A stretch of 33,781 bases of DNA from a virus (lineage: Duplodnaviria; Caudoviricetes), in IMG/VR virus record IMGVR_UViG_3300005077_000067, positions 1 through 33,781 of that record; one strand, written 5' to 3'. Position numbers and translations under genes: made by a program. The notes below the pieces were generated by a model. It was not told the origin of the DNA, made no database searches, and saw only the letters and a program-made list of their open reading frames with translations. How positions within the stretch are numbered: the stretch's first letter is position 1; the number at the start of each line of letters is the position of its first letter. Of this stretch, positions 7,245 through 17,700 are shown one piece after another.

Positions 7245-8410
7245 CCCACGCCAAGCTCCCCCCGTCCAGTGCCTACCGCTGGATGCGTTGCCCGGCCTCG
7301 GTGGCGCTCTGCGCCACCGTGCCGGAGCCGGATTCGGTCTACGCCCGCGAAGGCAGCTTCGCGCACGAGATCGCAGCGGCGATCCTGACCAGCGACCACA
7401 ATCACGTGGCCAGCCTGATCGGCACCACCGACGGCGAGTTCACCTGCGACCGCCGGATGGCGGAGCACCTGCAGGCCTACGTCGATGTGGTCCGATCTCG
7501 CCAGATGTGTTACGACGGCGAGCTCCAGGTCGAGCAGCGCGTCGTGCTCACGAAGGACATCTGGGGCACGGCTGATGCCCTGGTGTGGCAACACCGCCGC
7601 CTCGACGTGTTCGACTTGAAGTTCGGCGCCGGCAAGGCGGTGTCGGCGGTCGACAACGTGCAGATGAAGATCTACGCGCTCGCCGCCACGGCCACCTTCT
7701 CCGACATGGTGAAGGAATACGGGGTCGAGACCATCGGGCTGCACATCGTGCAGCCGCGCCGGCCGATGCTGAGCGACGACGATGACCCGCACACGTCGTG
7801 GGATATCACGCTGGCCGACCTGCAAGCCTGGGCCAAGGACGACCTCATTCCGGCAGCCGCTGCCGCGGTGTCCACGGCGCAGCCCGCCGCCTACACCGCG
7901 GGAACGCATTGCGGGTTCTGCGCCGCCAAGGGCATCTGCCCGCAGCTGCGAGCCGACGCCACCGAGCTGGCCATGGACCTGTTCGTCGACCAGGAAGAGA
8001 CCCTGCCGGCGCCGAGCACCCTGCCGCCCGAGACCATCGCCGAGGCCTTGCGCCGGGCGGCGATCATCGAGACCTGGATCGACGCGGTGAGGCAGTTCGC
8101 GCTCGCCCAGGCCTCTCGCGGTGAGGCCATCCCCGGCTACAAGCTCGTCGAGAAGACCGGCAACCGGAAGTGGCGCGACGAGGCCGTGGCCCTCGACACC
8201 ACGGCCAAGGCTGGCCTCGCCGACCCCTATACGAAGAAACTGTTCTCCCCCGCCCAGGCCGAGAAGGCCCTGGGCAAGGGCGGCAAGGCGCTCGTCGCGG
8301 ACCTCTGCGAGCGCCCGGTGACCGGAGTGCAACTCGTCCCCGAGGGGGACAAGCGTCCGGCCATCACCGCTGTGGATCTGACGCTGGTGTTCCCCGCGTT
8401 GGACGACTGA
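7241..8410 (+). CDS. DUF2800 Cas4-like PD-(D/E)XK exonuclease
   Basis: HAKLPPSSAYRWMRCPAS, AREGSFAHE, WGTADA...VFDLKFGAG, NVQMKIYA, IVQPR, HCGFC...CP, IPGYKLVE...RKW. Confidence 0.9.
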   Translation: MTHAKLPPSSAYRWMRCPASVALCATVPEPDSVYAREGSFAHEIAAAILTSDHNHVASLIGTTDGEFTCDRRMAEHLQAYVDVVRSRQMCYDGELQVEQRVVLTKDIWGTADALVWQHRRLDVFDLKFGAGKAVSAVDNVQMKIYALAATATFSDMVKEYGVETIGLHIVQPRRPMLSDDDDPHTSWDITLADLQAWAKDDLIPAAAAAVSTAQPAAYTAGTHCGFCAAKGICPQLRADATELAMDLFVDQEETLPAPSTLPPETIAEALRRAAIIETWIDAVRQFALAQASRGEAIPGYKLVEKTGNRKWRDEAVALDTTAKAGLADPYTKKLFSPAQAEKALGKGGKALVADLCERPVTGVQLVPEGDKRPAITAVDLTLVFPALDD

Positions 8411-8438
8411 GGCCCACTACCCCTGATCGAAACCGACG

Positions 8439-9023
8439 ATGACCGACAAGAAGAACCGGCCGACCGACGTTATCACTCCCGATGTGCGCCTCGCGTTCCC
8501 GAGCCTCCACAAGATGAAGCCCCGTGCGCGGGGCAGCGACAAGATGACCTACCAGGCCACGCTGCTGCCCCCGCCTGGGGTCTCCCTGGCTCCGTTCCAG
8601 GATGCCATGAAGGCCGCCATGGCGGCGAAGTGGGACAAGTTGGTGAAGCTCGACTCCCGCAACAACCCCCTCAAGCCCGCCGGCGAGAAGGACTACTCCG
8701 GGTTCACCGAGGGGTGGACCTACATCAGCACCAACAGCGACCGCGCCGTGGGACTGGTCAACCGCCGGAGTCAGCCGGTGGCATTGGAGCAGATTGAAGA
8801 CACATTCTACCCGGGCTGCTGGGTCAAGGCCTTCGTCAACGCCTTCGGCTGGGAGCACCCCACCGGGGGGCGCGGCGTCAGCTTCGGCTTGATGGGCCTG
8901 CAGTTCGTGCGCGACGACGAGCGGTTCGACGGCCGGCGCGATGTGACCACGGTGTTCGTGCCCTTGGAGGAGGCCGAGGCCGCCGACGATTCCCCCGGTG
9001 ACACCTTCGACCCGTTCGCCTGA
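8439..9023 (+). CDS. DUF2815 single-stranded DNA-binding protein (T7 gp2.5-like)
   Basis: VRLAFPSL, FYPGCWV, GVSFGLMGLQFVRDDERF and an acidic C-terminal tail ending in DPFA; lies between DUF2800 and polA. Confidence 0.9.
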   Translation: MTDKKNRPTDVITPDVRLAFPSLHKMKPRARGSDKMTYQATLLPPPGVSLAPFQDAMKAAMAAKWDKLVKLDSRNNPLKPAGEKDYSGFTEGWTYISTNSDRAVGLVNRRSQPVALEQIEDTFYPGCWVKAFVNAFGWEHPTGGRGVSFGLMGLQFVRDDERFDGRRDVTTVFVPLEEAEAADDSPGDTFDPFA

Positions 9024-11065
9024 TGCGCGTCACCCTCGACCTGGAGACCTTCTCCGCGGCGCCCATCGCCGCGGGGATCGATGTCTACTCGACCCACCCG
9101 AGCACCGGCGTGCATTGCGCCGTGTTCGGGTGGGACGCCCCGGGGGGCCCCCGCACACTGCGGTGGAGCCCACCGCATCCCGACGACGAGGGCATGGCCC
9201 AGGAATCCTTGCCCCCTGCCGAGCTGGTGCCGTGGATGCACAATCCGTCGGCCAAGTGGATTGCGCACAACGCCAGCTTCGAGTTCAGCATCTGGCAGAA
9301 TGTGCTCGCGCCCCGGTATGGGTGGCCGGCAGTGCCTCCGGCCGACCGCTGGATCGACACGATGCAGCTGGCCGCCGTGTGCAACCTGCCGGCCAGCCTG
9401 GGCACCTTGGCCGCTTCGCTCGGCACCGCGGCGCAGAAGGACGAAGAGGGGAAGGCGCTGATGCAGCAGCTATGCGTGGCGACAGAAGTCGCGGGGGGAT
9501 ACCGCACGCCGCGGCCGACGCCGGAACATCTGGCTCGCCTCCTCGACTACTGCGAGCGCGACGTGCTGGCCACCATGGCCGCGTTCGCCCGGCTGGCCAA
9601 GATGGCCGGCGTGACGTATGCCGAGGTGCAGCTCATGGCCGCCGACCGAGAGATCAACCAGCGAGGCGTGTGCGTTGACCGCCGGCTGCTGCAGCGCATG
9701 CTGCAGGTCGTGCGCGTGTGCGAAGCCGACATCGGCCGTGAGGTCTTCCGCCTGACCGGCGACTCCCTCGGCATCGGCGCCCCCGCGCTGAAGCAGTGGC
9801 TCGCCGAGCAAGGCATCGAGCTCCCACACCGTCGGCCGAAGAAAGGCGAGGCCCCGGGCGAGACCCCAGTCACGGTCGACAAGCGCGCGGTGGCCAAGTG
9901 GCTCGCGGACCCGGACCTGCCGGCCCACGTGCGCGCGCTGCTGGAGCAACGCACCCAGGCCGGCAAGGTCACGAGCCTGGGGAAGCTGAAGCGCGTGCCG
10001 GCCATGCTCGGTGCCGACCACCGGCTGCGGTGGTCCCTGTCCTACTGCGGCGCCCACACCGGTCGCTGGACCAGCTACGGGGTTCAGCTGCACAACTTGC
10101 CGAAGCCGAAGCTGAAGACGCGCGAGGCCGCGTTCCGCGAGGCCATCATGCAGCTGCAGGTGGACACCGCCCGCGAGATCGAGCCCAGTTTGATGTCGGG
10201 CCTGAGCTGGCTGCTGCGGTCGCTGTTCATCGCGGCCCCGGGCTGCGAACTGATCGGCGCTGACTACTCCGCAATCGAGGCCCGCGTGCTCGCATGGCTC
10301 GCCGGTCAAGCCGACGTGCTCAACACGTTCCGCCGTGGGGACGACATCTACGTGGCCGACGCAGCGAGCATCGGGTCCACGAACCGCGACCTCGGCAAAG
10401 TGTGCCGGCTCGGCCTCGGCTACGGGATGGGCGCGGCGACGTTCCTCCAGACCGCGGCCGACTGGGGCACCCCGCTGGCGGCGAAGGAAGCCACCCGTGT
10501 GCACAAACTGTGGCGGGCCGCGAACCCCATGATCGTGGCCCTGTGGAAGGCGCTACAGGATGCGGCGCTCGACGTGACCCGAGACGGGGGGACCGTCCAC
10601 ATCGGTCCTCACCTCAAGGTGTCGCGGGACAAGTGCGCCCTGCTGTTGACGCTGCCGAGTGGCCGCGTCCTGCGCTACTGGCGCCCCGAAATACACACCG
10701 CGGTGCGCCGGATCGTGACCCTCAACGACGAAGGCCAGACCGAAACCAAGGACGTGGAGACCACCGAGCTGCGGTTCTTCCGGCCCCAGAAGGGCGCCAT
10801 GATGGCCGACGCCACCTACGGCGGGAAGCTGGTCGAGAATGCAACTCAGGCCGTTGCCCGCGACCTGCTCGGCGCCGCCCTGGTCCGGCTTCGGGGCACG
10901 CACTACCGCGTGGTCCTGCACGTCCACGACAGCGTCGTCGCCGAGGTTCCCGCGGGCACCGGTGAAGTCACCGACTTCACCCGCCGGCTCTGCCAGTTGC
11001 CCGACTGGGCCCACGGTCTTCCAATGAAGGCCGAAGGTTATCGAAGCCCTTGGTTCCGAGGATAG
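9023..11065 (+). CDS. polA: Phage family A DNA polymerase with 3'-5' exonuclease (680 aa)
   Basis: ExoI DLET, ExoII AHNASFE, ExoIII YCERDV; HTGRW; motif A ADYSAIEARVLAW; motif B RDLGKVCRLGLGYGMG; YGGKLVENATQAVARD; motif C HVHD. Confidence 0.95.
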   Translation: MRVTLDLETFSAAPIAAGIDVYSTHPSTGVHCAVFGWDAPGGPRTLRWSPPHPDDEGMAQESLPPAELVPWMHNPSAKWIAHNASFEFSIWQNVLAPRYGWPAVPPADRWIDTMQLAAVCNLPASLGTLAASLGTAAQKDEEGKALMQQLCVATEVAGGYRTPRPTPEHLARLLDYCERDVLATMAAFARLAKMAGVTYAEVQLMAADREINQRGVCVDRRLLQRMLQVVRVCEADIGREVFRLTGDSLGIGAPALKQWLAEQGIELPHRRPKKGEAPGETPVTVDKRAVAKWLADPDLPAHVRALLEQRTQAGKVTSLGKLKRVPAMLGADHRLRWSLSYCGAHTGRWTSYGVQLHNLPKPKLKTREAAFREAIMQLQVDTAREIEPSLMSGLSWLLRSLFIAAPGCELIGADYSAIEARVLAWLAGQADVLNTFRRGDDIYVADAASIGSTNRDLGKVCRLGLGYGMGAATFLQTAADWGTPLAAKEATRVHKLWRAANPMIVALWKALQDAALDVTRDGGTVHIGPHLKVSRDKCALLLTLPSGRVLRYWRPEIHTAVRRIVTLNDEGQTETKDVETTELRFFRPQKGAMMADATYGGKLVENATQAVARDLLGAALVRLRGTHYRVVLHVHDSVVAEVPAGTGEVTDFTRRLCQLPDWAHGLPMKAEGYRSPWFRG

Positions 11066-11070
11066 TTGAC

Positions 11071-11181
11071 ATGGAAAGACACGAGGCTACTATTGCCACC
11101 GTATGCTGCAGCATTCTTTTGCTGTTGGCGTTCCTGTTCCTGCTCATCGTCTACAACTACTACCCGCTGGTCATCCCGTGA
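11071..11181 (+). CDS. 36-aa single-pass membrane peptide (absent from the ORF track)
   Basis: MERHEATIATVCCSILLLLAFLFLLIVYNYYPLVIP*; GAGGA RBS 8 nt upstream; its TGA overlaps the GTG of the HTH gene (GTGA 11178-11181). Confidence 0.65.
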   Translation: MERHEATIATVCCSILLLLAFLFLLIVYNYYPLVIP

Positions 11182-11459
11182 GCCCGAGGCCGAAACAACG
11201 TCAGTCGGAGACGTTCCGACAACTCGTCGAACGCGTGCGCGAGCTGCACCGCAAGCACGGCGAGCCCCCCGTCACAATGGCGCGGCTGGCCAAGGCCGCC
11301 AGCGTGAGCCGTGGCTACTGGCACATGCTCTTGCTCGGCGCCCGCACTCCGTCCACCGCGGTGGTGGAGCGAATCGCGAGGGCCCTCGCGGTCCCCGAGG
11401 TCATGGTTCAGCGGGCCGTCACGAACACCCTCGCGAACGCCATCGTGGAGGCCCAATGA
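11178..11459 (+). CDS. XRE/Cro-family helix-turn-helix transcriptional regulator (93 aa)
   Basis: TMARLAKAASVSRGYWHMLLLGARTPSTAVVERIARALAV fits the HTH_3 pattern; GTG 11178 preferred (alternative ATG 11103). Confidence 0.8.
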   Translation: MSPRPKQRQSETFRQLVERVRELHRKHGEPPVTMARLAKAASVSRGYWHMLLLGARTPSTAVVERIARALAVPEVMVQRAVTNTLANAIVEAQ

Positions 11460-11794
11460 CCGCCTTCCTCTTGGCCGACGCGGCGCAAGTCGTGAGCGAC
11501 CGGCAGTCGAAATACGGCTACGGCCGCGGCAGCATGACGGACATCGCCAAGCTCTGGAGCGTCATGCTCGACACCCCGGTGGATGCCCGGACTGCATGCC
11601 TGATGATGATCGCGCTGAAGCTGATTCGTGACATGCACACCCACCAACGGGACAACCTGATCGACATCGCCGGCTACGCCGAGATGGCCGACCGGTGCAC
11701 GCCACCCGCCGATCATCGGCCGGAGGCCAACCCCCTCGCGAAGTCGACGGCGTTCGCGGGCTCCACGGCGCCCGTGGACACGTCGGTCAAGTAG
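11456..11794 (+). CDS. DUF6378-family phage protein (112 aa)
   Basis: DRQSKYG...IAKLWS...MMIALKLIR...DNLIDIAGYA pattern; ATGA overlap at 11456-11459. Confidence 0.8.
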   Translation: MTAFLLADAAQVVSDRQSKYGYGRGSMTDIAKLWSVMLDTPVDARTACLMMIALKLIRDMHTHQRDNLIDIAGYAEMADRCTPPADHRPEANPLAKSTAFAGSTAPVDTSVK

Positions 11795-14700
11795 CCGGCC
11801 GTCCGGCCGACTACCCCTCCCGGGAGATGGAGCAGGAAGCCCAACGTCGTGAGCGTGTCGCGCACGTTGCGCCCGCTGAGGTCCTTCTCGCCGTCGCGGA
11901 TCACGTCGGCGAGGTCACGCATCCCAGACAGCGACCGTTCGAGCAGTGCCACCGCGGGCGGGACGATCATGCGGTCGTTCCAGGCCCGGTCGTCGAAGAA
12001 GTTCAGCGCGGTGCTGGGGAGGGCGCCGAGACCCGGGGCTTCGGCGAACAGGGACCGCAGCTGCCCGAGCAGGACCACCTCGGCGCCGAAGTCATCGACC
12101 CAGCTGCCGTCGTCGTCCTCGTCCTTGATCTGGCCTCGCACCGCGCGGGCCACCGCTTCGCCGAGCATCATCGGCACGGCGAACGCGAGCATGTAGGCCT
12201 GCAGCGCGATGCCTGACTTGGCGACCCACCCGGTGGCGCGCAGCATCTTCACGAACTGGTCGGCCTGCACGTTGGCCATGGTGTTGAACCAGCCCGAGAA
12301 CTGAAAGAAAGCCTTCGCGAACGGCGTCAGCTCGCCCTCGTAACCCGCCACGTCGCTCACGTCGAACGAGCCCATGGTCGTGCGGACCGTGGCATCGGCC
12401 TTGGCCACGGCGTTCCGTTTGGCCTCCTCCGGCGACACGTTCACCGCGGTGTTGTCTAGGGCCTGTTGGTAGGCAGCCGACCAGACCACGGCGTCCATGA
12501 AGTTCTGCACGTGGGTCTGCAGGAAGTAGGCGTTGCGCTTCAGGAAGTCCTTCGTGCGAGTGAACGCGCCGGCGTTGGTCGCGATCTGCCTGATGTGCTC
12601 GACGCTGTCGTAGAGCTGGCCGTTCTGCCGCTCAGCTAGGTAGCCGGGCGACATGGCCGCGATGTCCCGGTAGGTTTGCGGCTGGAGCGCACGGAAGAAC
12701 CCGGTCATCAGGTAGCGCGGCGGCACGCGCAACGCAGCCACCACAAGGCTGAGCGGCTGCTGCAGCACGTTGACCACGTTGCCCATCATGTAGGTCATGC
12801 CGGCCGAACTGCGCACGAATGTCCAGAACCGGTCGAGGACTGCGTTCTTGCCGCGCTTCGTGGCCGACTGCGAGGCCACACGCTGCAGCCAGGGGAGAAG
12901 CATCTCGTTCCACACACCGGGTTGCCGGCTCTCCCACAGTGAGGAGATCACTTTGCTGCGGCCGAGCTTCTCCACGTCCTTGAGCACGGGCTGCAGGTAG
13001 GCGAACTTCAGCACGTCGTTGATGTGCTGCGGGATCAAGTTCAGCGAGAGGTTCAGGGCGTCGGCGAACGGGTCGACGCGGCCCTTGGTGAACGATCTCC
13101 CCGTGGTCACGAACTGGCTGCGGAAGTCCTGCTCGATGTCCGTCAGCTGCTCGATGCGCGGGGCGTTCTTGGCATACTTGTCCAGCTTGGCCGGCATGTA
13201 GCCGCCCCGCCACGTGCCGAGCCCCGGCAGGACTACGGGCACGGGCTCGATGGTCTTGAACCGATAGCCGAAGACCCGCTTGTGTGCGGCCTGCGCCTGG
13301 GGCAGCAGCTCCTTTTCGTTGAGGTCCCACACCATCTGGACGAAGGTCATCACGTCCTTGGTGATGTAGCCCTTGCGGACCATCTGCTCGACGAAGGCAT
13401 CCCAGTTCGAGGTGTCGAGCGTCTTGGTCTGCGGGTCATAGGCGCCCCACCGCCGGCCCACGAGCAGGCGGTGCAGGTTGCTCGCGTTGCCGACGTGCAA
13501 CAGGGCCGCAATGAGTTCCTGGTGGCCCGCGTTGTCGTCGCGACCGAACACATGCAGCAGGCGCCCGCTTGCGTCCTTGAACTCGATCTTGCCCGCCTTC
13601 AGCTTCGGCTTCAGCGCCTGCAGTGCGCGCTCTACCTGCGCGGTGTAGCGTCGCCGGGCGACGACGTATTCGTCGACCTTGGCCCGCACCGAGCGGTAGA
13701 CGTAGGTGCTGTGGACGCCGTCGTAGCTGCCGCCGTCCTTGCGCCACGCCCAGTGCTCCGGCCGAGTAAGCAGGTGGAACAGTGAGCGGACGCCATGCCG
13801 CACACGTTCGGGGAATGTCGGCTGCCCCGTGTCGCCGATGCGCTTGGCTACCGGCAGATCGGCGTGTGCGGCCTCGAACTTGGCCTCGACTTCCTGGAGT
13901 TGCTCCCGCTTGCCGGCGAGCTCGACGACCTTCTCCTCTTTGGCCAGGGCGTCCAGCGCCCGCAGCGCCTCGAACAGGTCGCCGGCTTCCTGCACCGTCA
14001 GGTCGCGCCACGTTTTCCACTGCCGCGGCGGCTTGCCCGCGTTTTCCTGGGCCAGCTGGGCCCCCCGCTCCAGCATCGGCTGCACGTGCTCGACGATGCC
14101 GGGGTTGTAGGTCATCAGTTCGGCCAGATCGGCCGTGGCGTCCGCACCGGGCGGGCCGAGGCCGAAGCGCGCGGCCAGGGCTCGGGCCAATACGACATAG
14201 TCGTATTCCCTCGTCTTCGCCCGAGCCGGGATCGGGCCGAACAGCCACCGGCGGACCCACTTGGCCTGCCGAGCAAACTCGTCCTGGGCCTTCGCCGCGA
14301 GGCGGGCCAGGATCGACTCCAGCAGTTCTCGTCGCTTCCGCGCCGCCGCCAGCACCTCGCCTGGGGCCTCTGCTGGCCGCACCTCGCCCGATTTCGACTT
14401 GCTGGCCGTCTTGCCCCGCAGCGCGGCTTCGGCGTCCCTGCGGGCCGCTGCGGCCTTCTGCGCGTGGGTGTGGGGCTTGAGCTCCTTGACCAGGGTGCCG
14501 TCGAGCTGCTCTTGCGCCACCACCGTGGCCGCCCGGACGATTTCCCGGGTGGTCGCCGTCGCCCGGGACAGGGCGCGGGCCTCGGCCGCGACCACCCGGT
14601 GTCGCATGGGGTTGTGGAGGGCCTCGTCGATCTTGGCCTGCATGGCCTCGGCGTCGAGCAGGTCGGAGTGCTCCCGCAGCATGCGGGCATCGGCGGCCCG

Positions 14701-17700
14701 CTTCACGTCGTCGTCCAGCGACGGGGTGTTGGCCAGCGCGAGCAGGAAGCTTGGTCCGTCGGGGAACCCGAACTGCTCCGCCACCACGTCGGGGGGAGCG
14801 CCTTCGGGCCGGGTCATGCCGGCGAAGTCACGGGGCAACGTGGCGTTGATGCCTTCGTCGGCCAGCATCTGCTTGGTCAACTCGGTGCTGAGGCGGAGGC
14901 CGGTCCAAGTCGACACCGTGCCCTCGGCGTCCACCACTTCACCGTGGCGAAGCGCCCGCCGGGCCCGGTGCACCGGGGTCCTCTCCAGGCGGGACCGCTC
15001 TTCGGCTTCCACATCCTTCCGGACCTTGCGAACCTCTCGCTGCATGCGCCGCAGCAGCCGGCCGCGGGCGTTGCTCAGCCACCGCATGGACGCGAGGCTG
15101 TCCTTGCTGAGTTGGTCGATCGCCGCAGCGGTGTCCTTATGCAGGTCGCGCTGGTAGTCCGCCCACTCCTGCTCGGTCATGCTGTCGGGCTTGTCCGCGA
15201 ACAGCGCCTGCACCGCCTGATCGGCCTTCGCCGCCTCGATGGCCTCCTCGCTGGCCAGCATCCGGTCGAACACGCCCCGCACCTCGTCGGTGAGAACGGG
15301 CAGCGGCACGCCATAGGCCTCCTGGTAGTCCTCGTCGAGCCGGCGAATGTAGCGGTAGGCCCTGCGCATCCACCGCGCGGCGGCCCGGAAGAAGTCGCCG
15401 AGTGCGCTGGTCGGAGCCTTGCCCTCGAACAGATACTTCTCGTAGGTGTAGGCGACCGCCTCCCAGTGTTTGCGCTGGCCCTCCAGGCCCAGGGCATCCC
15501 ACTCGGTAAGGTGCTTGACGCCGAGCCACTCGAAGATCGTCTGCACGTGGTCGTGGGCGCGCTGGTTACCGTTGCGCGCGAGGGCGAGCAGCGTGTTGAA
15601 GAAGTGGTGCGACATCTCGTGCAACAATGTCGAGACGTTGCGCCGGCCATCAAACAGGTCGATGCCGAACGCCCGGCGGGCATTGCGCCGCGGATCGTAG
15701 GACCCGCGTGGCCCGGTGGCGCTGTCGGCAAACAGCGGCTGGCTGTCCGCTACCGCCGTCCGCACTTCCTCGGTGAGGGGGAACAGGATCCGGTCCGGGT
15801 CGAGGGCTTCGAGGCCCGGGAATGAAGCCGAGGGGACGCCCAGCTTCTTGGCCACGGTGGCCAAGGCCGAAGCAATCCCGGGGGCATTAGCGAAAGACAC
15901 CCGGGAGTGGCCGCTACGGACGGCGTCCAAGATCGCGTGCCGGGCTACCAAGTCGGGGCTGCCCTGGATCTCGTCCACCTGCAGCCCGGCCCCGCTGTCG
16001 GTCAGCGTCGCACTGGCGGCAATCTCACCCTGCCGGGGGAACCGCAGGGCGAGGTGGCGAACTCCCGGGAGCCCTGCCTCCGGCACGGCGTCCGGGGCGC
16101 CCGGGGGCTCGCTGTCGGTATCGCTGTCGGTCTCGCTGTCGGTCTCGCTGTCGGTCTCGCTGTCGTCATCCATGGCAACAGCAACCGGTTGCCCCTCTTG
16201 GGTCGGGCCCCGGGCTTCCAGGAACGTGATCACAGAGCCCGGAGTCACCGGGCCGTCGGCCGCGGCCAGCCACACGTCGAGGCCAGACCAGAAGGCTTCG
16301 TCGGCCGACTGGGCCCGCAGATGCTCGGCCCACCAGCTGCCCGGCATCGGCTTGGCGTCTGGCATCGCCGCCACAGCCTTGGCCATGGCGGAGTAGAGCG
16401 CCGGCCGGCCCGTCTGGTAGAGCTTGCCCGATGTGAAGGTGTGCGTGACGCGGGCCTTCGTGTCCTGCTGCACCGCGGCGCCGGTGTCCCACTTCGTGAC
16501 CGCCTCACCCTCGGTGCCGAGATACTCGCCGAAGTAGTTGGGGTCGACGACAAAGAACACCACGTCGGGGCGCCCCTTGGCCCAATCAGCCATCGCGGTG
16601 TAAGACCAGCCGGGTGGTGCCTGGGCGTCGTCCCAGGGAATGCGTGCAACGACACGCATTCCGTGCGCGGCGTAGAGCGTTGGCAACGCGGTGTCGAACG
16701 CGTCCGCGTGCGTGCCGCCCCCGTAGAGCGCGGCCTCGATCAACATGCGCCCGGTCTTGTTGTTCGAGAACAGCGAGACCATGTCCCCGTCGGGCTTCAC
16801 CGCGATGCCGCCCTTCCCGTCCTCCGTCAGGAAGAGCTTCATCTCGGCATACTCCGCCACCTCGTAGGTCTTGCCCGAAGCGCCGTTCGCATTCTGCGCC
16901 TTCGCGGCGTCGGTCGCATTCTGCGCCTTCGCGGCGCCGGACGCCTTCGCGGCGTCGATCGCGTCGTGGAACGCCTGGGCGTTGGCCTGGGTCTGGTCAA
17001 GCGCGATGACGTTGACCGTTACGTCGACCCCGACCTCGCGCAGGCGCCGCTTCAGCTGGGAACCCGCCTGCAGCAGGTCGCCGGTGACCTTGTGCCGCAC
17101 CTCCCCAGAGGGCAGGGCGAAGGTCAGAAGTTTTCGAGCTCGGGAAACACCATCTGCCGAACTTCGTCTTCCGACTTTCCAAGCCGCATCGCCAGTGACT
17201 GCACGAGCCCCACGGGCTGCGCGGATGACATCCCCGCTTCGCTGGAGTCGATCGACGGTGGCTCGGGCGCCACCGGAAACCTGGGGGCGCGAGGTCCGAG
17301 CAGCGACCTGAGCAGCTCCTCGTCGGGACCAATAGACGGCCTGTTCTTCGAGTTTGTCACGGTTGACTTCCTGTCGGTTGAACCACGGAATCGCGGGCGC
17401 CTTCTTGTCCGCCACCAGGAAGCCGTCGGGGATCACCCCGTTCAACGGGCTCTTGATGGCGCCGAGGAACGACGCGAAGGCCTCGGTGGTGAAGTCGTAG
17501 ACTCCACCCTTCGGTGTAGTATAGCGGAAAACGGAAGAGCCGTTGACCAGAGCGTATTGGGTCCCGTAGGCGTAGGCCTTGTATTCGCCTTCCTTCGCCC
17601 AGACACCGGCGATCGGGTCCGGGCTGCCGAGGGCCTCGGCCAGCACCGCGTCCAGCGAACCGTGTGCCGCTTCCTGCCCCGAGTCCACAACCCAGGATTC

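Noticed and set aside
6782-8332. Long antisense ORFs (this one and 1260-2300, 13795-15825, 15907-18036, 19426-21102, 22571-24328, 24555-26615, 27707-29245, 30791-32998)
   Set aside because: They shadow well-supported genes on the opposite strand, have His/Arg/Gly/Val-biased composition and no motifs, as expected in high-GC3 DNA
7241-8410. Cas4-like protein as a sign of a CRISPR-Cas locus
   Set aside because: It is the DUF2800 nuclease in its usual DUF2800-DUF2815-polA context; no repeat-spacer array or other cas genes are visible
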